Positions 37,150 through 49,919 of a DNA stretch of 64,000 nt are shown here, one piece after another (the first letter of the stretch is position 1; the number at the start of each line of letters is the position of its first letter). The notes beneath the pieces are model-generated. The model saw nothing but the letters and a program-made list of their open reading frames with translations, searched no databases and was not told the DNA's origin. The stretch is taken from NCBI RefSeq assembly GCF_036588685.1, contig NC_086373.1:25978001-26042000 (forward strand), in the 5' to 3' direction. The translations under genes and the position numbers were made by a program. Source of the stretch: Mytilus trossulus. Lineage: Eukaryota.

Positions 37150-37887
37150 ATGGAACTTTTATTGAACAGTGGACTTTCAAACGTTGTAGCCCTAACTGAA
37201 GAAGTTTTCTCCGCCTCTAGCGAAGTATTCGGTAAAGTTGCAATTAAAAAAGTCCTCAAAACCTCTACTGAGTTTGAAGCTTTCCTCAGCCTCAAACACG
37301 AAAACATTGTCGAAGCCATTGAAATCATCGAAGCCGAAGAATTTGCCTTCGTTTTGATGGAATTCGCTGAATTCGGAGATGTTTTTGAATACATAATGAA
37401 AAACGGCCTCATGTCCGTTGAAGCCACCCTCTCTGTCTTCTCTCAAGTTGTCAAAGCAGTCGAATACTGCCACTCAAATGGAATCGCCCACAATGACATT
37501 AAATTAGAAAACGTCTTGTTATCTAATGGATGTGTCAAACTGGCTGATTTTGGATTTGCCAAATCAACCGTTATTGTTGCCGAATCTGAAGAATTTTGTG
37601 GAACCCTCCCATACGCTGCCCCCGAAGTCATTATGGGAATGGAACACAATACCATGAAAGCCGACATGTGGAGTATGGGAGTTATGCTTTACGTCATGCT
37701 CTTCGGAGCTTTCCCATTCTCCGATAGTGACGCAACCTCTATGGTCAAAGCTCAAATCTCAAACACCCTCTCTTTCCCCGAAAACACTAGCGACATCGTA
37801 AAATCCCTCGTCTCCTCCATGCTTGAACCCTCTGTTGAAAAACGTGCTGATGCCATCTCAGTCCGTCTTGCCTTGGGTCAGTTTTAA
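37150..37887 (+). CDS. TSSK-like kinase, unit 9
   Basis: Protein identical to unit 2. Confidence 0.9.
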   Translation: MELLLNSGLSNVVALTEEVFSASSEVFGKVAIKKVLKTSTEFEAFLSLKHENIVEAIEIIEAEEFAFVLMEFAEFGDVFEYIMKNGLMSVEATLSVFSQVVKAVEYCHSNGIAHNDIKLENVLLSNGCVKLADFGFAKSTVIVAESEEFCGTLPYAAPEVIMGMEHNTMKADMWSMGVMLYVMLFGAFPFSDSDATSMVKAQISNTLSFPENTSDIVKSLVSSMLEPSVEKRADAISVRLALGQF

Positions 37888-38875
37888 ATACCCAAGCATC
37901 CTTGAAATCGCAACAGGCTCCGTTATAGGATCTTGTTGTGATTTCAAGGATGTTTTTTTTTTGTCCATTCGATTGTTACGGTAAACCATGTATATATAAC
38001 ACTTGGGCATACCTTTATCCGATACAATATACGGTTACGGTAAACCTACGTGTTATCAATCAATTTTACATTCTCATCTTCTTTGTTTCAACAAACTCAT
38101 TCTATTTTCATTTTAATAAACTTACTGTGACGTGAGTTAAGCATTGTTTGTTTTCTGAAAAACCTTGAATGGCTGCAGAGAAACAGAAAATTAGAACGCT
38201 CAAGTTACGACATAGTCTATTTATTAATTGTTATTCAAGTTTACCACTTGACCGCACAATCCCGTAGCAAAGCAAGCTGTTTTCATAGGTTTGGGAAGAA
38301 ATGGAAAACAAGTTGACTCTAACAATCCACTTACTTTCTTTGTATTGAGATTCGGGTTTGTAACCGATTCCATGTGGTTACGGTAAACAAGAATTTATGG
38401 TCAGTCCATAGTTATATATTTTGTTGAATCATGTTCTAATCCCAATAACTTAAATATATTAAAAGCACATAGAAAATGATTTCATCGGTTTACACTTAGC
38501 TTGCTGTGGTAAACATTGCATACGAGGATACGGTAAACTGAACTGTATAATAACTTGTTCGGTTACGGTAAACCTTTATCGTATAAGTTTATGGTTACGG
38601 TAAACATGACAGTTAAAGGCAACACGGTAAACTTATAAGATAAATGCCCTTGTACAACCAATTACTTTGTTTACCGTTTGCAAGAGTAGTTACCAATAAT
38701 GAAAAGGGGAGATTGTTCAATAATGTACTGTTTCATTGTGTAAGAAAGCATTTATTTGAACTTTCCACCCTTCAGCATCAATCATTGGAACAGTCCGTAG
38801 CAGCCATATCTCTATATAAGGCGTGAATTTCAGTATTTTGATACCTTTATTACACTAAATCCACGCCAATTTAAA

Positions 38876-39600
38876 ATGGAACTTTTATTGAACAGTGGAC
38901 TTTCAAACGTTGTAGCCCTAACTGAAGAAGTTTTCTCCGCCTCTAGCGAAGTATTCGGTAAAGTTGCAATTAAAAAAGTCCTCAAAACCTCTACTGAGTT
39001 TGAAGCTTTCCTCAGCCTCAAACACGAAAACATTGTCGAAGCCATTGAAATCATCGAAGCCGAAGAATTTGCCTTCGTTTTGATGGAATTCGCTGAATTC
39101 GGAGATGTTTTTGAATACATAATGAAAAACGGCCTCATGTCCGTTGAAGCCACCCTCTCTGTGTCAAAGCAGTCGAATACTGCCACTCAAATGGAATCGC
39201 CCACAATGACATTAAATTAGAAAACGTCTTGTTATCTAATGGATGTGTCAAACTGGCTGATTTTGGATTTGCCAAATCAACCGTTATTGTTGCCGAATCT
39301 GAAGAATTTTGTGGAACCCTCCCATACGCTGCCCCCGAAGTCATTATGGGAATGGAACACAATACCATGAAAGCCGACATGTGGAGTATGGGAGTTATGC
39401 TTTACGTCATGCTCTTCGGAGCTTTCCCATTCTCCGATAGTGACGCAACCTCTATGGTCAAAGCTCAAATCTCAAACACCCTCTCTTTCCCCGAAAACAC
39501 TAGCGACATCGTAAAATCCCTCGTCTCCTCCATGCTTGAACCCTCTGTTGAAAAACGTGCTGATGCCATCTCAGTCCGTCTTGCCTTGGGTCAGTTTTAA
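38876..39600 (+). pseudogene. TSSK-like kinase unit 10, frameshifted
   Basis: 13-bp deletion (CTTCTCTCAAGTT) at ~39162; span is 725 bp versus 738 bp. Confidence 0.9.
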
Positions 39601-40576
39601 ATACCCAAGCATCCTTGAAATCGCAACAGGCTCCGTTATAGGATCTTGTTGTGATTTCAAGGATGTTTTTTTTTTTGTCCATTCGATTGTTACGGTAAAC
39701 CATGTATATATAACACTTGGGCATACCTTTATCCGATACAATATACGGTTACGGTAAACCTACGTGTTATCAATCAATTTTACATTCTCATCTTCTTTGT
39801 TTCAACAAACTCATTCTATTTTCATTTTAATAAACTTACTGTGACGTGAGTTAAGCATTGTTTGTTTTCTGAAAAACCTTGAATGGCTGCAGAGAAACAG
39901 AAAATTAGAACGCTCAAGTATTTATTAATTGTTATTCAAGTTTACCACTTGACCGCACAATCCCGTAGCAAAGCAAGCTGTTTTCATAGGTTTGGGAAGA
40001 AATGGAAAACAAGTTGACTCTAACAATCCTCTTACTTTCTTTGTATTGAGATTCGGGTTTGTAACCGATTCCATGTGGTTACGGTAAACAAGAATTTATG
40101 GTCAGTCCATAGTTATATATTTTGTTGAATCATGTTCTAATCCCAATAACTTAAATATATTAAAAGCACATAGAAAATGATTTCATCGGTTTACACTTAG
40201 CTTGCTGTGGTAAACATTGCATACTAGGATACGGTAAACTGAACTGTATAATAACTTGTTCGGTTACGGTAAACCTTTATCGTATAAGTTTATGGTTACG
40301 GTAAACATGACAGTTAAAGGCAACACGGTAAACTTATAAGATAAATGCCCTTGTACAACCAATTACTTTGTTTACCGTTTGCAAGAGTAGTTACCATTAA
40401 TGAAAAGGGGAGATTGTTCAATAATGTACTGTTTCATTGTGTAAGAAAGCATTTATTTGAACTTTCCACCCTTCAGCATCAATCATTGGAACAGTCCGTA
40501 GCAGCCATATCTCTATATAAGGCGTGAATTTCAGTATTTTGATACCTTTATTACACTAAATCCACGCCAATTTAAA

Positions 40577-41314
40577 ATGGAACTTTTATTGAACAGTGGA
40601 CTTTCAAACGTTGTAGCCCTAACTGAAGAAGTTTTCTCCGCCTCTAGCGAAGTATTCGGTAAAGTTGCAATTAAAAAAGTCCTCAAAACCTCTACTGAGT
40701 TTGAAGCTTTCCTCAGCCTCAAACACGAAAACATTGTCGAAGCCATTGAAATCATCGAAGCCGAAGAATTTGCCTTCGTTTTGATGGAATTCGCTGAATT
40801 CGGAGATGTTTTTGAATACATAATGAAAAACGGCCTCATGTCCGTTGAAGCCACCCTCTCTGTCTTCTCTCAAGTTGTCAAAGCAGTCGAATACTGCCAC
40901 TCAAATGGAATCGCCCACAATGACATTAAATTAGAAAACGTCTTGTTATCTAATGGATGTGTCAAACTGGCTGATTTTGGATTTGCCAAATCAACCGTTA
41001 TTGTTGCCGAATCTGAAGAATTTTGTGGAACCCTCCCATACGCTGCCCCCGAAGTCATTATGGGAATGGAACACAATACCATGAAAGCCGACATGTGGAG
41101 TATGGGAGTTATGCTTTACGTCATGCTCTTCGGAGCTTTCCCATTCTCCGATAGTGACGCAACCTCTATGGTCAAAGCTCAAATCTCAAACACCCTCTCT
41201 TTCCCCGAAAACACTAGCGACATCGTAAAATCCCTCGTCTCCTCCATGCTTGAACCCTCTGTTGAAAAACGTGCTGATGCCATCTCAGTCCGTCTTGCCT
41301 TGGGTCAGTTTTAA
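40577..41314 (+). CDS. TSSK-like kinase, unit 11
   Basis: Protein identical to unit 2. Confidence 0.9.
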   Translation: MELLLNSGLSNVVALTEEVFSASSEVFGKVAIKKVLKTSTEFEAFLSLKHENIVEAIEIIEAEEFAFVLMEFAEFGDVFEYIMKNGLMSVEATLSVFSQVVKAVEYCHSNGIAHNDIKLENVLLSNGCVKLADFGFAKSTVIVAESEEFCGTLPYAAPEVIMGMEHNTMKADMWSMGVMLYVMLFGAFPFSDSDATSMVKAQISNTLSFPENTSDIVKSLVSSMLEPSVEKRADAISVRLALGQF

Positions 41315-42302
41315 ATACCCAAGCATCCTTGAAATCGCAACAGGCTCCGTTATAGGATCTTGTTGTGATTTCAAGGATGTTTTTTTTTTGTCCATTCGAT
41401 TGTTACGGTAAACCATGTATATATAACACTTGGGCATACCTTTATCCGATACAATATACGGTTACGGTAAACCTACGTGTTATCAATCAATTTTACATTC
41501 TCATCTTCTTTGTTTCAACAAACTCATTCTATTTTCATTTTAATAAACTTACTGTGACGTGAGTTAAGCATTGTTTGTTTTCTGAAAAACCTTGAATGGC
41601 TGCAGAGAAACAGAAAATTAGAACGCTCAAGTTACGACATAGTCTATTTATTAATTGTTATTCAAGTTTACCACTTGACCGCACAATCCCGTAGCAAAGC
41701 AAGCTGTTTTCATAGGTTTGGGAAGAAATGGAAAACAAGTTGACTCTAACAATCCTCTTACTTTCTTTGTATTGAGATTCGGGTTTGTAACCGATTCCAT
41801 GTGGTTACGGTAAACAAGAATTTATGGTCAGTCCATAGTTATATATTTTGTTGAATCATGTTCTAATCCCAATAACTTAAATATATTAAAAGCACATAGA
41901 AAATGATTTCATCGGTTTACACTTAGCTTGCTGTGGTAAACATTGCATACTAGGATACGGTAAACTGAACTGTATAATAACTTGTTCGGTTACGGTAAAC
42001 CTTTATCGTATAAGTTTATGGTTACGGTAAACATGACAGTTAAAGGCAACACGGTAAACTTATAAGATAAATGCCCTTGTACAACCAATTACTTTGTTTA
42101 CCGTTTGCAAGAGTAGTTACCATTAATGAAAAGGGGAGATTGTTCAATAATGTACTGTTTCATTGTGTAAGAAAGCATTTATTTGAACTTTCCACCCTTC
42201 AGCATCAATCATTGGAACAGTCCGTAGCAGCCATATCTCTATATAAGGCGTGAATTTCAGTATTTTGATACCTTTATTACACTAAATCCACGCCAATTTA
42301 AA

Positions 42303-43040
42303 ATGGAACTTTTATTGAACAGTGGACTTTCAAACGTTGTAGCCCTAACTGAAGAAGTTTTCTCCGCCTCTAGCGAAGTATTCGGTAAAGTTGCAATTAA
42401 AAAAGTCCTCAAAACCTCTACTGAGTTTGAAGCTTTCCTCAGCCTCAAACACGAAAACATTGTCGAAGCCATTGAAATCATCGAAGCCGAAGAATTTGCC
42501 TTCGTTTTGATGGAATTCGCTGAATTCGGAGATGTTTTTGAATACATAATGAAAAACGGCCTCATGTCCGTTGAAGCCACCCTCTCTGTCTTCTCTCAAG
42601 TTGTCAAAGCAGTCGAATACTGCCACTCAAATGGAATCGCCCACAATGACATTAAATTAGAAAACGTCTTGTTATCTAATGGATGTGTCAAACTGGCTGA
42701 TTTTGGATTTGCCAAATCAACCGTTATTGTTGCCGAATCTGAAGAATTTTGTGGAACCCTCCCATACGCTGCCCCCGAAGTCATTATGGGAATGGAACAC
42801 AATACCATGAAAGCCGACATGTGGAGTATGGGAGTTATGCTTTACGTCATGCTCTTCGGAGCTTTCCCATTCTCCGATAGTGACGCAACCTCTATGGTCA
42901 AAGCTCAAATCTCAAACACCCTCTCTTTCCCCGAAAACACTAGCGACATCGTAAAATCCCTCGTCTCCTCCATGCTTGAACCCTCTGTTGAAAAACGTGC
43001 TGATGCCATCTCAGTCCGTCTTGCCTTGGGTCAGTTTTAA
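42303..43040 (+). CDS. TSSK-like kinase, unit 12
   Basis: Protein identical to unit 2. Confidence 0.9.
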   Translation: MELLLNSGLSNVVALTEEVFSASSEVFGKVAIKKVLKTSTEFEAFLSLKHENIVEAIEIIEAEEFAFVLMEFAEFGDVFEYIMKNGLMSVEATLSVFSQVVKAVEYCHSNGIAHNDIKLENVLLSNGCVKLADFGFAKSTVIVAESEEFCGTLPYAAPEVIMGMEHNTMKADMWSMGVMLYVMLFGAFPFSDSDATSMVKAQISNTLSFPENTSDIVKSLVSSMLEPSVEKRADAISVRLALGQF

Positions 43041-44015
43041 ATACCCAAGCATCCTTGAAATCGCAACAGGCTCCGTTATAGGATCTTGTTGTGATTTCAA
43101 GGATGTTTTTTTTTTGTCCATTCGATTGTTACGGTAAACCATGTATATATAACACTTGGGCATACCTTTATCCGATACAATATACGGTTACGGTAAACCT
43201 ACGTGTTATCAATCAATTTTACATTCTCATCTTCTTTGTTTCAACAAACTCATTCTATTTTCATTTTAATAAACTTACTGTGACGTGAGTTAAGCATTGT
43301 TTGTTTTCTGAAAAACCTTGAATGGCTGCAGAGAAACAGAAAATTAGAACGCTCAAGTATTTATTAATTGTTATTCAAGTTTACCACTTGACCGCACAAT
43401 CCCGTAGCAAAGCAAGCTGTTTTCATAGGTTTGGGAAGAAATGGAAAACAAGTTGACTCTAACAATCCTCTTACTTTCTTTGTATTGAGATTCGGGTTTG
43501 TAACCGATTCCATGTGGTTACGGTAAACAAGAATTTATGGTCAGTCCATAGTTATATATTTTGTTGAATCATGTTCTAATCCCAATAACTTAAATATATT
43601 AAAAGCACATAGAAAATGATTTCATCGGTTTACACTTAGCTTGCTGTGGTAAACATTGCATACGAGGATACGGTAAACTGAACTGTATAATAACTTGTTC
43701 GGTTACGGTAAACCTTTATCGTATAAGTTTATGGTTACGGTAAACATGACAGTTAAAGGCAACACGGTAAACTTATAAGATAAATGCCCTTGTACAACCA
43801 ATTACTTTGTTTACCGTTTGCAAGAGTAGTTACCATTAATGAAAAGGGGAGATTGTTCAATAATGTACTGTTTCATTGTGTAAGAAAGCATTTATTTGAA
43901 CTTTCCACCCTTCAGCATCAATCATTGGAACAGTCCGTAGCAGCCATATCTCTATATAAGGCGTGAATTTCAGTATTTTGATACCTTTATTACACTAAAT
44001 CCACGCCAATTTAAA

Positions 44016-44753
44016 ATGGAACTTTTATTGAACAGTGGACTTTCAAACGTTGTAGCCCTAACTGAAGAAGTTTTCTCCGCCTCTAGCGAAGTATTCGGTA
44101 AAGTTGCAATTAAAAAAGTCCTCAAAACCTCTACTGAGTTTGAAGCTTTCCTCAGCCTCAAACACGAAAACATTGTCGAAGCCATTGAAATCATCGAAGC
44201 CGAAGAATTTGCCTTCGTTTTGATGGAATTCGCTGAATTCGGAGATGTTTTTGAATACATAATGAAAAACGGCCTCATGTCCGTTGAAGCCACCCTCTCT
44301 GTCTTCTCTCAAGTTGTCAAAGCAGTCGAATACTGCCACTCAAATGGAATCGCCCACAATGACATTAAATTAGAAAACGTCTTGTTATCTAATGGATGTG
44401 TCAAACTGGCTGATTTTGGATTTGCCAAATCAACCGTTATTGTTGCCGAATCTGAAGAATTTTGTGGAACCCTCCCATACGCTGCCCCCGAAGTCATTAT
44501 GGGAATGGAACACAATACCATGAAAGCCGACATGTGGAGTATGGGAGTTATGCTTTACGTCATGCTCTTCGGAGCTTTCCCATTCTCCGATAGTGACGCA
44601 ACCTCTATGGTCAAAGCTCAAATCTCAAACACCCTCTCTTTCCCCGAAAACACTAGCGACATCGTAAAATCCCTCGTCTCCTCCATGCTTGAACCCTCTG
44701 TTGAAAAACGTGCTGATGCCATCTCAGTCCGTCTTGCCTTGGGTCAGTTTTAA
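44016..44753 (+). CDS. TSSK-like kinase, unit 13
   Basis: Protein identical to unit 2. Confidence 0.9.
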   Translation: MELLLNSGLSNVVALTEEVFSASSEVFGKVAIKKVLKTSTEFEAFLSLKHENIVEAIEIIEAEEFAFVLMEFAEFGDVFEYIMKNGLMSVEATLSVFSQVVKAVEYCHSNGIAHNDIKLENVLLSNGCVKLADFGFAKSTVIVAESEEFCGTLPYAAPEVIMGMEHNTMKADMWSMGVMLYVMLFGAFPFSDSDATSMVKAQISNTLSFPENTSDIVKSLVSSMLEPSVEKRADAISVRLALGQF

Positions 44754-45728
44754 ATACCCAAGCATCCTTGAAATCGCAACAGGCTCCGTTATAGGATCTT
44801 GTTGTGATTTCAAGGATGTTTTTTTTTTGTCCATTCGATTGTTACGGTAAACCATGTATATATAACACTTGGGCATACCTTTATCCGATACAATATACGG
44901 TTACGGTAAACCTACGTGTTATCAATCAATTTTACATTCTCATCTTCTTTGTTTCAACAAACTCATTCTATTTTCATTTTAATAAACTTACTGTGACGTG
45001 AGTTAAGCATTGTTTGTTTTCTGAAAAACCTTGAATGGCTGCAGAGAAACAGAAAATTAGAACGCTCAAGTATTTATTAATTGTTATTCAAGTTTACCAC
45101 TTGACCGCACAATCCCGTAGCAAAGCAAGCTGTTTTCATAGGTTTGGGAAGAAATGGAAAACAAGTTGACTCTAACAATCCTCTTACTTTCTTTGTATTG
45201 AGATTCGGGTTTGTAACCGATTCCATGTGGTTACGGTAAACAAGAATTTATGGTCAGTCCATAGTTATATATTTTGTTGAATCATGTTCTAATCCCAATA
45301 ACTTAAATATATTAAAAGCACATAGAAAATGATTTCATCGGTTTACACTTAGCTTGCTGTGGTAAACATTGCATACTAGGATACGGTAAACTGAACTGTA
45401 TAATAACTTGTTCGGTTACGGTAAACCTTTATCGTATAAGTTTATGGTTACGGTAAACATGACAGTTAAAGGCAACACGGTAAACTTATAAGATAAATGC
45501 CCTTGTACAACCAATTACTTTGTTTACCGTTTGCAAGAGTAGTTACCATTAATGAAAAGGGGAGATTGTTCAATAATGTACTGTTTCATTGTGTAAGAAA
45601 GCATTTATTTGAACTTTCCACCCTTCAGCATCAATCATTGGAACAGTCCGTAGCAGCCATATCTCTATATAAGGCGTGAATTTCAGTATTTTGATACCTT
45701 TATTACACTAAATCCACGCCAATTTAAA

Positions 45729-46466
45729 ATGGAACTTTTATTGAACAGTGGACTTTCAAACGTTGTAGCCCTAACTGAAGAAGTTTTCTCCGCCTCTAGC
45801 GAAGTATTCGGTAAAGTTGCAATTAAAAAAGTCCTCAAAACCTCTACTGAGTTTGAAGCTTTCCTCAGCCTCAAACACGAAAACATTGTCGAAGCCATTG
45901 AAATCATCGAAGCCGAAGAATTTGCCTTCGTTTTGATGGAATTCGCTGAATTCGGAGATGTTTTTGAATACATAATGAAAAACGGCCTCATGTCCGTTGA
46001 AGCCACCCTCTCTGTCTTCTCTCAAGTTGTCAAAGCAGTCGAATACTGCCACTCAAATGGAATCGCCCACAATGACATTAAATTAGAAAACGTCTTGTTA
46101 TCTAATGGATGTGTCAAACTGGCTGATTTTGGATTTGCCAAATCAACCGTTATTGTTGCCTAATCTGAAGAATTTTGTGGAACCCTCCCATACGCTGCCC
46201 CCGAAGTCATTATGGGAATGGAACACAATACCATGAAAGCCGACATGTGGAGTATGGGAGTTATGCTTTACGTCATGCTCTTCGGAGCTTTCCCATTCTC
46301 CGATAGTGACGCAACCTCTATGGTCAAAGCTCAAATCTCAAACACCCTCTCTTTCCCCGAAAACACTAGCGACATCGTAAAATCCCTCGTCTCCTCCATG
46401 CTTGAACCCTCTGTTGAAAAACGTGCTGATGCCATCTCAGTCCGTCTTGCCTTGGGTCAGTTTTAA
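45729..46466 (+). pseudogene. TSSK-like kinase unit 14, nonsense E145*
   Basis: GAA>TAA at 46161-46163. Confidence 0.88.
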
Positions 46467-47455
46467 ATACCCAAGCATCCTTGAAATCGCAACAGGCTCC
46501 GTTATAGGATCTTGTTGTGATTTCAAGGATGTTTTTTTTTTTGTCCATTCGATTGTTACGGTAAACCATGTATATATAACACTTGGGCATACCTTTATCC
46601 GATACAATATACGGTTACGGTAAATCTACGTGTTATCAATCAATTTTACATTCTCATCTTCTTTGTTTCAACAAACTCATTCTATTTTCATTTTAATAAA
46701 CTTACTGTGACGTGAGTTAAGCATTGTTTGTTTTCTGAAAAACCTTGAATGGCTGCAGAGAAACAGAAAATTAGAACGCTCAAGTTACGACATAGTCTAT
46801 TTATTAATTGTTATTCAAGTTTACCACTTGACCGCACAATCCCGTAGCAAAGCAAGCTGTTTTCATAGGTTTGGGAAGAAATGGAAAACAAGTTGACTCT
46901 AACAATCCTCTTACTTTCTTTGTATTGAGATTCGGGTTTGTAACCGATTCCATGTGGTTACGGTAAACAAGAATTTATGGTCAGTCCATAGTTATATATT
47001 TTGTTGAATCATGTTCTAATCCCAATAACTTAAATATATTAAAAGCACATAGAAAATGATTTCATCGGTTTACACTTAGCTTGCTGTGGTAAACATTGCA
47101 TACTAGGATACGGTAAACTGAACTGTATAATAACTTGTTCGGTTACGGTAAACCTTTATCGTATAAGTTTATGGTTACGGTAAACATGACAGTTAAAGGC
47201 AACACGGTAAACTTATAAGATAAATGCCCTTGTACAACCAATTACTTTGTTTACCGTTTGCAAGAGTAGTTACCATTAATGAAAAGGGGAGATTGTTCAA
47301 TAATGTACTGTTTCATTGTGTAAGAAAGCATTTATTTGAACTTTCCACCCTTCAGCATCAATCATTGGAACAGTCCGTAGCAGCCATATCTCTATATAAG
47401 GCGTGAATTTCAGTATTTTGATACCTTTATTACACTAAATCCACGCCAATTTAAA

Positions 47456-48193
47456 ATGGAACTTTTATTGAACAGTGGACTTTCAAACGTTGTAGCCCTA
47501 ACTGAAGAAGTTTTCTCCGCCTCTAGCGAAGTATTCGGTAAAGTTGCAATTAAAAAAGTCCTCAAAACCTCTACTGAGTTTGAAGCTTTCCTCAGCCTCA
47601 AACACGAAAACATTGTCGAAGCCATTGAAATCATCGAAGCCGAAGAATTTGCCTTCGTTTTGATGGAATTCGCTGAATTCGGAGATGTTTTTGAATACAT
47701 AATGAAAAACGGCCTCATGTCCGTTGAAGCCACCCTCTCTGTCTTCTCTCAAGTTGTCAAAGCAGTCGAATACTGCCACTCAAATGGAATCGCCCACAAT
47801 GACATTAAATTAGAAAACGTCTTGTTATCTAATGGATGTGTCAAACTGGCTGATTTTGGATTTGCCAAATCAACCGTTATTGTTGCCGAATCTGAAGAAT
47901 TTTGTGGAACCCTCCCATACGCTGCCCCCGAAGTCATTATGGGAATGGAACACAATACCATGAAAGCCGACATGTGGAGTATGGGAGTTATGCTTTACGT
48001 CATGCTCTTCGGAGCTTTCCCATTCTCCGATAGTGACGCAACCTCTATGGTCAAAGCTCAAATCTCAAACACCCTCTCTTTCCCCGAAAACACTAGCGAC
48101 ATCGTAAAATCCCTCGTCTCCTCCATGCTTGAACCCTCTGTTGAAAAACGTGCTGATGCCATCTCAGTCCGTCTTGCCTTGGGTCAGTTTTAA
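47456..48193 (+). CDS. TSSK-like kinase, unit 15
   Basis: Protein identical to unit 2. Confidence 0.9.
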   Translation: MELLLNSGLSNVVALTEEVFSASSEVFGKVAIKKVLKTSTEFEAFLSLKHENIVEAIEIIEAEEFAFVLMEFAEFGDVFEYIMKNGLMSVEATLSVFSQVVKAVEYCHSNGIAHNDIKLENVLLSNGCVKLADFGFAKSTVIVAESEEFCGTLPYAAPEVIMGMEHNTMKADMWSMGVMLYVMLFGAFPFSDSDATSMVKAQISNTLSFPENTSDIVKSLVSSMLEPSVEKRADAISVRLALGQF

Positions 48194-49181
48194 ATACCCA
48201 AGCATCCTTGAAATCGCAACAGGCTCCGTTATAGGATCTTGTTGTGATTTCAAGGATGTTTTTTTTTTGTCCATTCGATTGTTACGGTAAACCATGTATA
48301 TATAACACTTGGGCATACCTTTATCCGATACAATATACGGTTACGGTAAACCTACGTGTTATCAATCAATTTTACATTCTCATCTTCTTTGTTTCAACAA
48401 ACTCATTCTATTTTCATTTTAATAAACTTACTGTGACGTGAGTTAAGCATTGTTTGTTTTCTGAAAAACCTTGAATGGCTGCAGAGAAACAGAAAATTAG
48501 AACGCTCAAGTTACGACATAGTCTATTTATTAATTGTTATTCAAGTTTACCACTTGACCGCACAATCCCGTAGCAAAGCAAGCTGTTTTCATAGGTTTGG
48601 GAAGAAATGGAAAACAAGTTGACTCTAACAATCCTCTTACTTTCTTTGTATTGAGATTCGGGTTTGTAACCGATTCCATGTGGTTACGGTAAACAAGAAT
48701 TTATGGTCAGTCCATAGTTATATATTTTGTTGAATCATGTTCTAATCCCAATAACTTAAATATATTAAAAGCACATAGAAAATGATTTCATCGGTTTACA
48801 CTTAGCTTGCTGTGGTAAACATTGCATACTAGGATACGGTAAACTGAACTGTATAATAACTTGTTCGGTTACGGTAAACCTTTATCGTATAAGTTTATGG
48901 TTACGGTAAACATGACAGTTAAAGGCAACACGGTAAACTTATAAGATAAATGCCCTTGTACAACCAATTACTTTGTTTACCGTTTGCAAGAGTAGTTACC
49001 ATTAATGAAAAGGGGAGATTGTTCAATAATGTACTGTTTCATTGTGTAAGAAAGCATTTATTTGAACTTTCCACCCTTCAGCATCAATCATTGGAACAGT
49101 CCGTAGCAGCCATATCTCTATATAAGGCGTGAATTTCAGTATTTTGATACCTTTATTACACTAAATCCACGCCAATTTAAA

Positions 49182-49919
49182 ATGGAACTTTTATTGAACA
49201 GTGGACTTTCAAACGTTGTAGCCCTAACTGAAGAAGTTTTCTCCGCCTCTAGCGAAGTATTCGGTAAAGTTGCAATTAAAAAAGTCCTCAAAACCTCTAC
49301 TGAGTTTGAAGCTTTCCTCAGCCTCAAACACGAAAACATTGTCGAAGCCATTGAAATCATCGAAGCCGAAGAATTTGCCTTCGTTTTGATGGAATTCGCT
49401 GAATTCGGAGATGTTTTTGAATACATAATGAAAAACGGCCTCATGTCCGTTGAAGCCACCCTCTCTGTCTTCTCTCAAGTTGTCAAAGCAGTCGAATACT
49501 GCCACTCAAATGGAATCGCCCACAATGACATTAAATTAGAAAACGTCTTGTTATCTAATGGATGTGTCAAACTGGCTGATTTTGGATTTGCCAAATCAAC
49601 CGTTATTGTTGCCGAATCTGAAGAATTTTGTGGAACCCTCCCATACGCTGCCCCCGAAGTCATTATGGGAATGGAACACAATACCATGAAAGCCGACATG
49701 TGGAGTATGGGAGTTATGCTTTACGTCATGCTCTTCGGAGCTTTCCCATTCTCCGATAGTGACGCAACCTCTATGGTCAAAGCTCAAATCTCAAACACCC
49801 TCTCTTTCCCCGAAAACACTAGCGACATCGTAAAATCCCTCGTCTCCTCCATGCTTGAACCCTCTGTTGAAAAACGTGCTGATGCCATCTCAGTCCGTCT
49901 TGCCTTGGGTCAGTTTTAA
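49182..49919 (+). CDS. TSSK-like kinase, unit 16
   Basis: Protein identical to unit 2. Confidence 0.9.
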   Translation: MELLLNSGLSNVVALTEEVFSASSEVFGKVAIKKVLKTSTEFEAFLSLKHENIVEAIEIIEAEEFAFVLMEFAEFGDVFEYIMKNGLMSVEATLSVFSQVVKAVEYCHSNGIAHNDIKLENVLLSNGCVKLADFGFAKSTVIVAESEEFCGTLPYAAPEVIMGMEHNTMKADMWSMGVMLYVMLFGAFPFSDSDATSMVKAQISNTLSFPENTSDIVKSLVSSMLEPSVEKRADAISVRLALGQF

